A stretch of DNA of 35,432 nt, taken from the IMG/VR virus record IMGVR_UViG_3300006129_000018, positions 1 to 35,432 of that record. One strand, 5' to 3'. The DNA is from a virus (lineage: Duplodnaviria > Caudoviricetes). A model generated the notes under the pieces. The model was not told where the DNA came from. It saw nothing but the letters and a program-made list of their open reading frames with translations, and made no database searches. The position numbers and the translations under genes are program-made. Position 1 is the stretch's first letter, and every line of letters begins with the position of its first letter. Positions 8,991 to 17,709 of the stretch are shown here, piece by piece.

Positions 8991-9189
8991 TTGTTCTTTT
9001 TTCTATTTCTCTGTCAATATACCATTTAGCTTTGTGAAGATCTTCAATTGCATTTTGTTTTAAATCACATCGCCAAATATACTTTAAAGCATTACCTAGA
9101 TTAAATCCCATGTGTTCTGTAATCTGAATACATTCAATACCACTTGGATGTCCTGTATAATGTTTTGGATTGTTTACAGGATCATGCAT
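8971..9189 (-). CDS. DUF3310 / T7 gp1.7-like putative nucleotide kinase
   Basis: DPVNNPKHYT..SGIECI....GFNLGNALKYIWR...K..IEDLHKAKWYIDREI; likely start is the ATG at 9189. Confidence 0.85.
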   Translation of the reverse strand: MHDPVNNPKHYTGHPSGIECIQITEHMGFNLGNALKYIWRCDLKQNAIEDLHKAKWYIDREIEKRTNALNIT

Positions 9190-9928
9190 GGGCTTTGATC
9201 GCCACTTTGCTAGACTCTGTTGTATTGCTTCTTGACCATGTGCCACAGTCTTGGCATTGGTATCTTTGATAGACTTGTGCGAGTGTTCGTGCTTTTCCTC
9301 GGCTATGCAACCTGGTGGAGGAGCAGTTAGGGCAGGCCACGGATACTTCTTTGCTTGTTGTATAGAGGTTTCTGTTGGGGTGGTTTTTGATCCAAGGGAG
9401 GACAACATTGTATACCTTTTCTAATAATATTACATCTTGTTTATTATATGCTTCCATTTGTTTCCAAGCTTTAGGATCTTTGTTCATACAATCAATCCAT
9501 AGTTGGAAGCTGGTTTCTTTTTTTGCACCTAATCCGAGTCTTTGGGCGACATAATCGAGTTTATTACTAGGAAACCTAAACTGATTGCGTACAGTCCGTA
9601 GAAGATCGATATTACGATATGGAGCTGGTGGGGGTAACTCATTAATTAAAAATTCCTTATTCAGTGTTGGGATGTCAAACTTAGTACCATTATAGTGTAT
9701 GACTGCATCTGCTTCTTCTAATAGTTTGTGAATCTTTTTAAGCATTGTTAGAGGTTTACTCTGATACACAGAATCAAACATAACTTCTTTTTCACCTAAC
9801 CATTTAGCAGACCAGCACAATACATAAGATGATTCTAATAATGCTGACAGTCCTATGTTTTGTTGCCAAAGTCCCCACACATGTGCTGTATTAGGACTGG
9901 TTTCAATATCTAATAACAGTATTTTCAT
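9182..9928 (-). CDS. RNase H-fold (DnaQ/YprB-like) 3'-5' exonuclease with C-terminal Zn ribbon
   Basis: LLDIETSP, HYNGTKFDIP, SNKLDYVA, YNKQDV, CPNC...CQDCG. Confidence 0.85.
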   Translation of the reverse strand: MKILLLDIETSPNTAHVWGLWQQNIGLSALLESSYVLCWSAKWLGEKEVMFDSVYQSKPLTMLKKIHKLLEEADAVIHYNGTKFDIPTLNKEFLINELPPPAPYRNIDLLRTVRNQFRFPSNKLDYVAQRLGLGAKKETSFQLWIDCMNKDPKAWKQMEAYNKQDVILLEKVYNVVLPWIKNHPNRNLYTTSKEVSVACPNCSSTRLHSRGKARTLAQVYQRYQCQDCGTWSRSNTTESSKVAIKAHA

Positions 9929-10182
9929 TAATGTTGGTCTATCTTTTTAGGTTTACTAACAAAATTCATTTGATCTGCTAAGTCCCAACATTTACGTAGA
10001 CCATCTTCTGTTCTATTTTTTTCTGGAGTTCTATGTAAATAATCTTCAAGGAATGTACTAGCAAACATACTACGTTGACTAATTGATACACCTTCTTTAA
10101 ATCCCTCTAAGAATGCTCCACGTAACGCTGCTTGCATCTCTTGTTCATTTACATGTGTTTCACCAATAATTGGTACACTCAT
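9928..10182 (-). CDS. Hypothetical protein
   Basis: 84-aa ORF tightly packed with overlapping start and stop codons. Confidence 0.65.
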   Translation of the reverse strand: MSVPIIGETHVNEQEMQAALRGAFLEGFKEGVSISQRSMFASTFLEDYLHRTPEKNRTEDGLRKCWDLADQMNFVSKPKKIDQH

Positions 10183-10358
10183 TGTAATTCCTCCGATCCA
10201 GTTACTATTGTTGATTTGCTAACATCTACCACAGATATACCTTTTTGTAATAGTACGTTTAATCCAAACTCAACAACAAATTGTAATTCATTTGGGGATA
10301 GGTTTGCAGTATATTCTGCCGACCCATCTTCATGCTCTACTATAGTTGTAATTTTCAT
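10179..10358 (-). CDS. Hypothetical protein
   Basis: MKITTIVEHEDGSAEY...; ATGA overlap with the endonuclease stop. Confidence 0.65.
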   Translation of the reverse strand: MKITTIVEHEDGSAEYTANLSPNELQFVVEFGLNVLLQKGISVVDVSKSTIVTGSEELQ

Positions 10359-10762
10359 AATAGCCAACTTTCTGGTAACCCGTCACGTAAATCAGACCAT
10401 TCAAAGCCAGCTTTACTTGCCCAGTCACCGTAAGACGTTTTGCTTCCTTTTCTTATTTTAACTCTTGCATTTTGAAAAAAGATGTAGAATGTATAATTTG
10501 GATATTGCTGTTTAACCCATAACATTTTTTTTCTATCTTCAGAAGTAAGTTTACCTTTAGTTTCAATGTACACTTTATCCTTGACTTTCCAATCAGGAAT
10601 ATATGTACGTGTAGCTTCAGGCTGTATAAATTTTAATTTGTCTGGTTCGTATGTAACAGAATCAGGTAATAGTTTCCTGACTTTCTCCTCGAACTTCGAC
10701 TTGTAAATTTGGTGGGTTCCAGATTTCTCCGATTGTTCTTTGGATATGCAGGAGTCTTCCAT
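10355..10762 (-). CDS. T7 endonuclease I-like Holliday junction resolvase (start uncertain)
   Basis: YKSKFEEKV, YEPDKLKF, TYIPDW, IETKGKLTSEDRKKM, SYGDWASKAGFEW (PD-(D/E)xK motif). Confidence 0.88.
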   Translation of the reverse strand: MEDSCISKEQSEKSGTHQIYKSKFEEKVRKLLPDSVTYEPDKLKFIQPEATRTYIPDWKVKDKVYIETKGKLTSEDRKKMLWVKQQYPNYTFYIFFQNARVKIRKGSKTSYGDWASKAGFEWSDLRDGLPESWLL

Positions 10763-11399
10763 TGATAATGATGTTGTTTGTTTCACTTGAATATATATTC
10801 CTTACATAATCATACATGTCTAGATCGTCTGAACAAGAATCAATAAAGTCACGATGATGTTCCATAAATTTAGGCCATTTTTGTCTAGCTTTACCATCAA
10901 ATCCAGGGATATTATCAGAAGAATCACCCAGAATTAATTGTTTGTAGAAATATTTAAGCCCTTCTAACGGAGTAACAAACTCTTTTACTTTAGTTACAAA
11001 GTTATAATGGTTGCCTGGAATTTGTTTTAAATCTTTATCAATTGAACAAATGATATAAGCCATCATATCATCAGAAGAAGTAGCTTCAATACCCATTAAA
11101 TCATCGGCTTCACAACCATCTGAAATAATCGCCCCCCAATGTTCTAATAGATAGTTACGACAGACTTCTAGCCATACTGGTTTAGGTTTATCTTTTCTGT
11201 TAGCTTTGTATTCAGGATAAATCTTATATCTGAAATTATTTTTACCTGTTAAGAATGTTTTATAGGTGTCGCTTTGCGTATCATGAAGCATGTCACGCAT
11301 CATGGTTTCAACCCGAAGGAGGGCTATCTCCTCCGGATCGTTTTCAGCAGAAGCAGAGCATCTATAGGCGACGATATCGCCATCGATGATAGCTAGCAT
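10662..11399 (-). CDS. 5'-3' exonuclease (T7 gp6 / FEN-like)
   Basis: IIDGDIVAYR, NFRYKIYPEYKANR, EADDLMG, SIDKDLKQIPG, GDSSDNIPG. Confidence 0.92.
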   Translation of the reverse strand: MLAIIDGDIVAYRCSASAENDPEEIALLRVETMMRDMLHDTQSDTYKTFLTGKNNFRYKIYPEYKANRKDKPKPVWLEVCRNYLLEHWGAIISDGCEADDLMGIEATSSDDMMAYIICSIDKDLKQIPGNHYNFVTKVKEFVTPLEGLKYFYKQLILGDSSDNIPGFDGKARQKWPKFMEHHRDFIDSCSDDLDMYDYVRNIYSSETNNIIINGRLLHIQRTIGEIWNPPNLQVEVRGESQETIT

Positions 11400-11402
11400 T
11401 AA

Positions 11403-11894
11403 TTATTCTATTTCAGGCATGTCATCAATCATATCAGTAATATTTACTTCTTCTTTGCCGAAGACGTAGTTTTCGAAGGTTTTGGCTGCTTCCAAGACAT
11501 CACTAATTTTGATGCTTTTAGCACCCACTGATAGAAAACTGATGGCTGCATTGATGTTTGATTGTCTGATGATGTAGAGTTGTTTTGCTGCTCTTTCTTC
11601 AGGCGTTTCGAAGGTTGATTTTGGGCTTGGCGAAGCTGATTGATTCGGTTTTGCTGTTGCTGCGGATGCTCTTGTGGCACTTGTAAATTCCCAGTAGCCT
11701 TTGTCGTTTTTTCCGAGTGTGACTTCATAAATTTCTCCTGGTTTAGCTACAGATAGCGTTGAATATAAATCTTTGTTGGCAAAGCTCATGACATTTTTCT
11801 TTTCAGCTTTACCTTCTGGATTGGTATATTCTACTACTGCTTTGCTATATTTAGCAGTGCGTTCTACATCAACAGAGTTGATTGTTATTTGCAT
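11403..11894 (-). CDS. Putative single-stranded DNA-binding protein
   Basis: Beta-rich N-terminus, KNDKGYWEF, acidic tail (DMIDDMPEIE), located between Pol and exonuclease. Inference only. Confidence 0.45.
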   Translation of the reverse strand: MQITINSVDVERTAKYSKAVVEYTNPEGKAEKKNVMSFANKDLYSTLSVAKPGEIYEVTLGKNDKGYWEFTSATRASAATAKPNQSASPSPKSTFETPEERAAKQLYIIRQSNINAAISFLSVGAKSIKISDVLEAAKTFENYVFGKEEVNITDMIDDMPEIE

Positions 11895-12636
11895 TTTCTT
11901 CCTTTACTTGTTTTAGATATTGTGAATAGTATTCTACTGAGTTATTCATGTTTGGCCCAACAGAACATTCACATTTTAGTGGTATGTTTGGTTTGACTCC
12001 GAACATCCTGTTAAAATTATCAGGCATGTCTGCGAAGCATTCTTCAAACAATTGTACTACAGAATCAACATTGGTTGTAGGTGTATCTACCAATATTGAA
12101 TCGTGTATGGTTCCAATTAGTCTAGCATCTATATTTTTCTTTTTTAGACGTTTAAAGAACGATACACGTATAATGGCCATAATGTCATGGCCTGTCCCTT
12201 GGACGGGATGATTAGTTAAAGTAGTCCATGGAATTGCGAGATCTCCACGGAAATCTTTTTTCATATCGAAGAACCACTCTCTGCCTTGCGGTCCACGTAT
12301 GGGCTGTCCTGATGTAACTAGCCTTGCCCATCTTTGATGGGTTGCGTTTAATCCATTGTATTTTGCGAAGAACTTTTCGCCGATGTTCTCCCAGAATTTT
12401 ACGGAAGAGCTTGTAGTGGCAAATTCTGGATCTTTTGAGAATGCGTATGCACTTCCACGATATATTGTACGGAACAGATACTTTTTTGCAATTAGTCTTG
12501 ATGGTAGTCCGAATGCTTTTTGATTTTCTGTATGCAGATCTAACCCGTCTAATATTTCTTGTATACCTGTTTTGTCTTGAGATAACCATACGGCGGTCCA
12601 CCATTCTAATGCTTTTGCATCTGCTTGTATTAACAT
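11869..12636 (-). CDS. polA: Family A DNA polymerase, C-terminal catalytic part (split gene)
   Basis: Motif A LIQADAKALEW, DLHTEN, motif B RLIAKKYLFRTIYRG, NHPVQGTGHD, motif C TIHDSILV. Confidence 0.9.
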   Translation of the reverse strand: MLIQADAKALEWWTAVWLSQDKTGIQEILDGLDLHTENQKAFGLPSRLIAKKYLFRTIYRGSAYAFSKDPEFATTSSSVKFWENIGEKFFAKYNGLNATHQRWARLVTSGQPIRGPQGREWFFDMKKDFRGDLAIPWTTLTNHPVQGTGHDIMAIIRVSFFKRLKKKNIDARLIGTIHDSILVDTPTTNVDSVVQLFEECFADMPDNFNRMFGVKPNIPLKCECSVGPNMNNSVEYYSQYLKQVKEENANNNQLC

Positions 12637-12647
12637 TTATACCTAAT

Positions 12648-12676
12648 ATTATAACACGTTATTGTTTATTTGTCAA
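12648..12676 (-). promoter_or_regulatory. Consensus sigma70 promoter for the Pol catalytic half
   Basis: Minus strand TTGACA-AATAAACAATAACGTGT(17)-TATAAT, 11 nt before the ATG at 12636. Confidence 0.85.
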
Positions 12677-12829
12677 GAAACATTTTTCACTTATTGTTTG
12701 TGGGAAAAAGATTAATTCATATGTATCTTTGTCAAATTCTAGTAACGAATCTTTAAATGTTTTACAACCGTATTTTTTAACAAAGGATTGTATTTCAGAC
12801 ATTACTTTCCATGTTTCTTGTTCATTCAT
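12659..12829 (-). CDS. Small hypothetical protein (56 aa) between the Pol halves, not in ORF track
   Basis: MNEQETWKVMSEIQSFVKKYGCKTFKDSLLEFDKDTYELIFFPQTISEKCFLTNKQ*; ATGA overlap with the upstream ORF. Confidence 0.55.
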   Translation of the reverse strand: MNEQETWKVMSEIQSFVKKYGCKTFKDSLLEFDKDTYELIFFPQTISEKCFLTNKQ

Positions 12830-13140
12830 CCCTCACTCGCTTTCTTTAGTATTGCATCAACAATCCAATAACATTGTTCTGTTGTTAAAGTTACTGTTGT
12901 GTTTAATGCACATATCCCAAAAATATTATCTATTTCCTCATCACTTAATTCACGCATTGGGTGTTCATAGAGTGGAATACTCTGCCCTTCTTCTAATTCA
13001 GCAAATGCTATTGGTGGATGGGCGTAAAGGAATTCACCTTTTTTTCTCGTTTTCCAATCACTTCCTGAACCTGAGTCAATATACATATATCCATATCCAT
13101 CGAAGTCATAACGCATTGCCACTGGTTCTCTTGAATTCAT
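12826..13140 (-). CDS. Hypothetical protein between the Pol halves
   Basis: 104 aa with EPVA...LYAHP...LYEHPMRELSDEEI; ATGA overlap with the Pol N-half stop. No homing-endonuclease motif. Confidence 0.7.
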   Translation of the reverse strand: MNSREPVAMRYDFDGYGYMYIDSGSGSDWKTRKKGEFLYAHPPIAFAELEEGQSIPLYEHPMRELSDEEIDNIFGICALNTTVTLTTEQCYWIVDAILKKASEG

Positions 13141-14249
13141 TTCTCACTCCTAACACATTCTTGTATTTCAGGACACATGTTTTGTAGGTTTGGTTTAGTA
13201 CTGGATAATCTACCAGTAGCTGTAGTTACTTGATTAAACTGACCATGTATTTTATTAACAGGCCAATTCATTTCTTTGTTTATACGAATAAAACTTTCAA
13301 AGAATTCTTTAATTTTTGTTAGTTGTGCTAGTTTTAATAACGCATCTACAACTCCTGTTTTGTCTTTTAATTTTTTAAGAACATCTTCTGCTGTTGAATA
13401 CAGATTTTCTTTTTTAAGTTCAGAACCATCGATTGGCTTCACAAGACCAGCCAATTGATGTTCTAGAGTAATGTTCTTGAATTTAGGTTGACCAGCCTTA
13501 GCCCCAGTTTTAAACAGGCCTACAAGTTCTTTTGAGTCTTCTTTAATGATGCCGCCATAAAGAAAAGCAGACAGATGGTCAGGACTGTTAAAGTTGATAG
13601 GAACATGTGGATATTTAGTTTGTAATTGTGTGATTATTTCTGTTATTTGTTGTTGTATTTTTTCACAGTCTTGTACACATTGATTTAAATCTATAGGCAA
13701 ACCATTGTATTCCATTTCTTGTAATGTAAGTAAGTCTTGACAACAAAGATGAATTAGTCGTTTTTGTATTGGTGTCGCTATTTCTTGTTGTTTGTAGTAC
13801 AAGGCTAAGGTTTGTTTGACATCTTGAATATTATATTCAGACAGAATATCCCAAGGAATTTGGTCAGTATCAATGCCTTTATCCCAGTATTCTGTTTTAA
13901 CAATGTCTAATTTAGATTCTAGTCCGTATTTTTCTAGAGAATCTTTTAATGATGGATATTTAATACGTTGTCTTGATAGAATAAATTCTGCAAGTTGACA
14001 ATCCCAGACTTTTATGTTGTCAATGTTATAACCACACTTACGCAACCAATGCAGATCAAACTTAATATTAAACCCGACAACAAGTGCCGAGGATTCCAAT
14101 AACTCCTGTAAGTCATCCAATCTAGCAGCTCTAAAACAACAATACCTATCCCCGTCAGTATACCCAATAGAGACCAGACGATTATTGTTATCAAAAGGAT
14201 TTCCTTTGTTACTAATAGTAGTTTCAACATCTAAGCATAACACTTTCAT
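13137..14249 (-). CDS. polA: Family A DNA polymerase, N-terminal part (3'-5' exonuclease + thumb)
   Basis: ExoI LDVETT, ExoII GFNIKFDLHWL, ExoIII YNIQDV, INFNSPDHLS, IHGQFNQVTTATGRLSSTKPNLQN, then stop. Confidence 0.9.
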   Translation of the reverse strand: MKVLCLDVETTISNKGNPFDNNNRLVSIGYTDGDRYCCFRAARLDDLQELLESSALVVGFNIKFDLHWLRKCGYNIDNIKVWDCQLAEFILSRQRIKYPSLKDSLEKYGLESKLDIVKTEYWDKGIDTDQIPWDILSEYNIQDVKQTLALYYKQQEIATPIQKRLIHLCCQDLLTLQEMEYNGLPIDLNQCVQDCEKIQQQITEIITQLQTKYPHVPINFNSPDHLSAFLYGGIIKEDSKELVGLFKTGAKAGQPKFKNITLEHQLAGLVKPIDGSELKKENLYSTAEDVLKKLKDKTGVVDALLKLAQLTKIKEFFESFIRINKEMNWPVNKIHGQFNQVTTATGRLSSTKPNLQNMCPEIQECVRSEK

Positions 14250-14434
14250 TAATAGTGACAATAGAATACAGGTTGTACTTCAGCAGATATTTGTAATTCA
14301 TGTTTTTCATATTCTGCTTGTGCATTTTCTGCATAAGCTTCTGCTTCATCTAATTCAGAAAATACTCTTAAAACATATGGTGGATGGTTTCTGATGACAG
14401 CCCATGCTGTTTCTGTTTTAAGTGCTGGTTTCAT
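14249..14434 (-). CDS. Hypothetical protein
   Basis: 61-aa ORF coupled to both neighbours. Confidence 0.6.
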   Translation of the reverse strand: MKPALKTETAWAVIRNHPPYVLRVFSELDEAEAYAENAQAEYEKHELQISAEVQPVFYCHY

Positions 14435-14909
14435 TTTGCTCCAAGTTAACTTTTTTGTTTATTACTTTTCTATAATAATTACCACTGAGATCACCTCCAT
14501 AATGGTTAAGAGCTTCTTTTATACTTTTGTATTGGTTAATATATTTACGTAATACATAAGCACCAGCATGTATTGCATCTGCTGGGTGATAGCTTACCCA
14601 TATTTCTGGATGGTATCTAGGTATTACTTGCATTAAACCAACAGCACCAGATGGGTTGTATGCTTGTTCATTAAAAGAAGATTCTACTTCCATTATAGCA
14701 AGAATTAATAGTGGGTCTATGTTATATTTATTACCATAAGCAACAGCATGATTTACGTATATTCTTGCTTTGTCATCATCTTTGGTGTAGGTATCTGAAA
14801 TGTAATGTATTGTCTTTTCATATGGTTCTTTTACTATTTCTTTTTTAGTTGGTTTGTGATTATAACAAAGTAATGCTAAACATAGAATTAATAGTATCCA
14901 TTTACTCAT
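14418..14909 (-). CDS. SLT-domain lytic transglycosylase with N-terminal signal/membrane anchor
   Basis: MSKWILLILCLALLC, IDPLLILAIMEVESSF, SGAVGLMQV, ALNHYGG. Confidence 0.88.
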   Translation of the reverse strand: MSKWILLILCLALLCYNHKPTKKEIVKEPYEKTIHYISDTYTKDDDKARIYVNHAVAYGNKYNIDPLLILAIMEVESSFNEQAYNPSGAVGLMQVIPRYHPEIWVSYHPADAIHAGAYVLRKYINQYKSIKEALNHYGGDLSGNYYRKVINKKVNLEQNETST

Positions 14910-16128
14910 TGTGTTGTATATCCTCATATCTAGCAATACTTGGTGATATTAATACTTCTAAACGACCGTGACGAAGTTCAGGATTAGTATCAGGATCACC
15001 TTGTAATTTGTTTTTACATATGTTTAAGAATCTAATGTATTCAAGTCCAATGTCGTGGATTTTACCAATACCAAGAATCCAGTCAGCTTCCGCTTGTTTG
15101 GATGTTTTAGCATTAGCTACATTATTCATATTAAGCCAACGTTGGTTTTCACCAGTACCATCAGCTTGTGTTACACCGATAACAGGACCGTAAGTTTTAG
15201 CTAATTCTCGTGCCCATTGGTAAATGGCACCGAGACGTAAGTCTTCACGATCGTCATCAAAACCACGAATTTTGTCAATTTGATCAAACACGATTAATTC
15301 TGGTTGTAGTTGTGTACATATTTTTTCAATTTGTGATGCAGATGCAGACACACCGTTAAATATTCGTAAACGACCTTGTAGCTCGGTTTGGAAGCGAGCT
15401 TGAGCATTTGGTATGTCTGCAAACAATTCTACGTCTGTAAGGCCTAATAACGCTTGGAAACAACGTAACATAACTTTATCAGATTGTTCTTCGTTGTTTA
15501 CCCATAAAACAGGTCTTGTGGCTTGTTTTGCCATAAAAGTTAGTTCTGATGCTAGGAAAGTAGTTTTACCTGTTTCTGGTCTAGCAAACACAAAACCAAA
15601 ATCACCTTTACGTAAAGAACCTAGTGATTGATTTAAGGCGGATAAACGCCAACGAAGACCTGGTTTAAGATATGTGGTTTGATATAGTTCATTTAAATTG
15701 TCAGTAGCAAAAGATAATTCAGTATTGTCAGTTAATTCTTGTGGTGTATCTAATTGTTTAATTAAATTATTAACAGTGTCAATACTTTTTCTACCTTCAG
15801 AAGCATCATAAGATGCTAATGCAAGTTGAGATAGTATTGTTTTTTGTTTATAGGCTTTAAGTAAGTCTTCAATTAGAGTAGGATTAACAGTAGATTCAAG
15901 CATTGTTTGTAACACAGCTTGATGTGTTTTATCAGTTTTACCACTAATTTCACAAACAATTTCAAATTCAGGAACAGTCAAGTCTGATTCATTGTTTGCA
16001 TGATAAGTATCTAATATATCTAACAGTGTAGATAATTCTTTTGTTAATAGTTTTTTATTAATATACTTTCTATATGTAACCCACGTATCTTTGGTTAATA
16101 GACTTTTTAATATTTGTAATTCTATCAT
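14902..16128 (-). CDS. DnaB-like (SF4) replicative helicase
   Basis: Walker A FARPETGKTT, Walker B LIVFDQIDK, IGVTQAD, KTSKQAEADWILGIG, NICKNK. Confidence 0.92.
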   Translation of the reverse strand: MIELQILKSLLTKDTWVTYRKYINKKLLTKELSTLLDILDTYHANNESDLTVPEFEIVCEISGKTDKTHQAVLQTMLESTVNPTLIEDLLKAYKQKTILSQLALASYDASEGRKSIDTVNNLIKQLDTPQELTDNTELSFATDNLNELYQTTYLKPGLRWRLSALNQSLGSLRKGDFGFVFARPETGKTTFLASELTFMAKQATRPVLWVNNEEQSDKVMLRCFQALLGLTDVELFADIPNAQARFQTELQGRLRIFNGVSASASQIEKICTQLQPELIVFDQIDKIRGFDDDREDLRLGAIYQWARELAKTYGPVIGVTQADGTGENQRWLNMNNVANAKTSKQAEADWILGIGKIHDIGLEYIRFLNICKNKLQGDPDTNPELRHGRLEVLISPSIARYEDIQHNE

Positions 16129-16130
16129 AT

Positions 16131-16159
16131 ATTATACCAAGGTTTAATTAATTTGTCAA
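16131..16159 (-). promoter_or_regulatory. Consensus sigma70 promoter (extended -10) at the primase/helicase junction
   Basis: TTGACA-AATTAATTAAACCTTGG(17)-TATAAT. Confidence 0.8.
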
Positions 16160-16849
16160 GAAGTATTTTATTTTGTCTGTTGTATACTCTTTAGGATCAA
16201 GATGGGTATAAATGGCTAGAGCAGGTAGACCAATAGATTTAGATCTTGCTACAATGTCTTGACTATTTTTCCATTTGTCACTGTCTAACCACACAATAAT
16301 ACTAGTAGCATGGCTTTTTAAACGCATTAAAAGCTCTGTAGAAGCCTCTGAACCGAACAGAGGCATAGCAGAGGAGAGTCTGGCAACTTTAATGGCACTG
16401 AGAAGGTCTTCTACAAGTATTATAGGTGATTGTTTGTTGCCACAAAAATATAGAATATTATGTATTTTACCTTGACTGAAGTATTTATTTTTTATATTAT
16501 CAGAGAAATTACGTGCTTGCCAAGCAATTAATTCATTTTCTTTATTATAAACAGGAAATATTAATTGTTCTTTTGATTCTGACCATAACATACGATATCT
16601 AATACGTTCTTGTGGAGTAATATTGTATTTGTCAAGCCAGTCTAAACCTTTTTGATTTATTTGTGTACTTACATCATCAGGTAATTTAATTATTTTTATA
16701 GAATCATCATTGTCAAGTTTTGGGATATATTTATTATTTTTTTCTGTGTATTTACAACCGAAGCAGTATGCTGAATTGTCATCATATCTACCTAAATTAT
16801 CTTTTGAACCACAATTAGGACATGCTTCGTGTCTTAGGAATGTAGCCAA
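16148..16849 (-). CDS. DNA primase (T7-type Zn finger + TOPRIM), separate from the helicase
   Basis: HEACPNCGSKDN...YCFGC, IILVEDLLSAIK, VWLDSDK, DPKEY. Confidence 0.9.
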   Translation of the reverse strand: MATFLRHEACPNCGSKDNLGRYDDNSAYCFGCKYTEKNNKYIPKLDNDDSIKIIKLPDDVSTQINQKGLDWLDKYNITPQERIRYRMLWSESKEQLIFPVYNKENELIAWQARNFSDNIKNKYFSQGKIHNILYFCGNKQSPIILVEDLLSAIKVARLSSAMPLFGSEASTELLMRLKSHATSIIVWLDSDKWKNSQDIVARSKSIGLPALAIYTHLDPKEYTTDKIKYFLTN

Positions 16850-16859
16850 TATTTATTTT

Positions 16860-17177
16860 TTACCTTTCTTGTACTGTAGGTATGCTGTTGAAAGTATTAG
16901 TAGCAGTAGTAGTAGCATTTGGTGTAAAGAACCTTATAGCGTCATTATTATTTGGTGTTAGACGAGCTGCTAACATGTCTATCATTGATCTGAAGTATCT
17001 TTCTGGTTTACGTTTATTGTATACCCTTACAACTTCTGTATTTATACATTGATAGCTATGATTTAAAGTGAGTAAAGCACCTTCAACATTAGTTACAGTC
17101 ATTGGTTTTGTTTTTTTACTGTATAAGAGACGTACTTGACAACCAATTGGGAATATTTCTAATGTTCTAGTAGACAT
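16860..17177 (-). CDS. Hypothetical protein
   Basis: 105-aa ORF in the operon direction. Confidence 0.55.
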   Translation of the reverse strand: MSTRTLEIFPIGCQVRLLYSKKTKPMTVTNVEGALLTLNHSYQCINTEVVRVYNKRKPERYFRSMIDMLAARLTPNNNDAIRFFTPNATTTATNTFNSIPTVQER

Positions 17178-17224
17178 GTTTGACCTTTGGTGCTGGGAAT
17201 AATAAATATTTTTTAGGTTTTCTG

Positions 17225-17404
17225 TTATATTTCTGTGCCATCAACATCTCCTATTTCTTTAAGATCGTTACGTTCAATTACATGGATATCTTCTGCAATA
17301 GGTGTAAAACATTTATTACATAAGTCAATAAATTCATTTGTGTTAGCACCACGACGAGTTGCTTCGAAGTCTGTTAACACACAATTACAGGATAAACATC
17401 TCAT
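17225..17404 (-). CDS. Small Zn-finger protein (59 aa), not in ORF track
   Basis: MRCLSCNCVLTDFEATRRGANTNEFIDLCNKCF... with two CxxC pairs; AAAGGT RBS. Confidence 0.75.
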   Translation of the reverse strand: MRCLSCNCVLTDFEATRRGANTNEFIDLCNKCFTPIAEDIHVIERNDLKEIGDVDGTEI

Positions 17405-17415
17405 TTTTTACCTTT

Positions 17416-17709
17416 TTAAGCTTCAGCAAGAATAATTGGTGTATGTGGTGTTAATTCGTCAGGTCTATCTAATGCTCTACCAATAAAAGTCATTTTTTTG
17501 ATGTTAAATGGTGTTGTAATGGTGCTTAATGCATCAGAACCTTCAATAGCAATGATTGGTTCACCCATTGCAAAGTTGCGTTTGCGCTCATTTACAGGTA
17601 AAATAGCCCAAATTTGACCAAAGATTTCAAATGCTTTGTCAGTTAAACCAATTTTAAATACTTTATCTTGTTCATCAAGTTCTTTCCAGAACAATGTATC
17701 GTCAACCAT
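17416..17709 (-). CDS. Hypothetical protein
   Basis: 97-aa ORF overlapping the ATP-grasp stop; AAGGA RBS. Confidence 0.65.
   Translation of the reverse strand: MVDDTLFWKELDEQDKVFKIGLTDKAFEIFGQIWAILPVNERKRNFAMGEPIIAIEGSDALSTITTPFNIKKMTFIGRALDRPDELTPHTPIILAEA

Noticed and set aside
12637-13136. Group I intron or intein splitting polA
   Set aside because: No P7/catalytic core pattern and no HNH, GIY-YIG or LAGLIDADG ORF. The gap is filled by two coupled ORFs and a promoter.
12435-13187. 250-aa plus-strand ORF
   Set aside because: Antisense shadow of the Pol half and the inserted genes; Leu/Phe/His-rich composition and no RBS.
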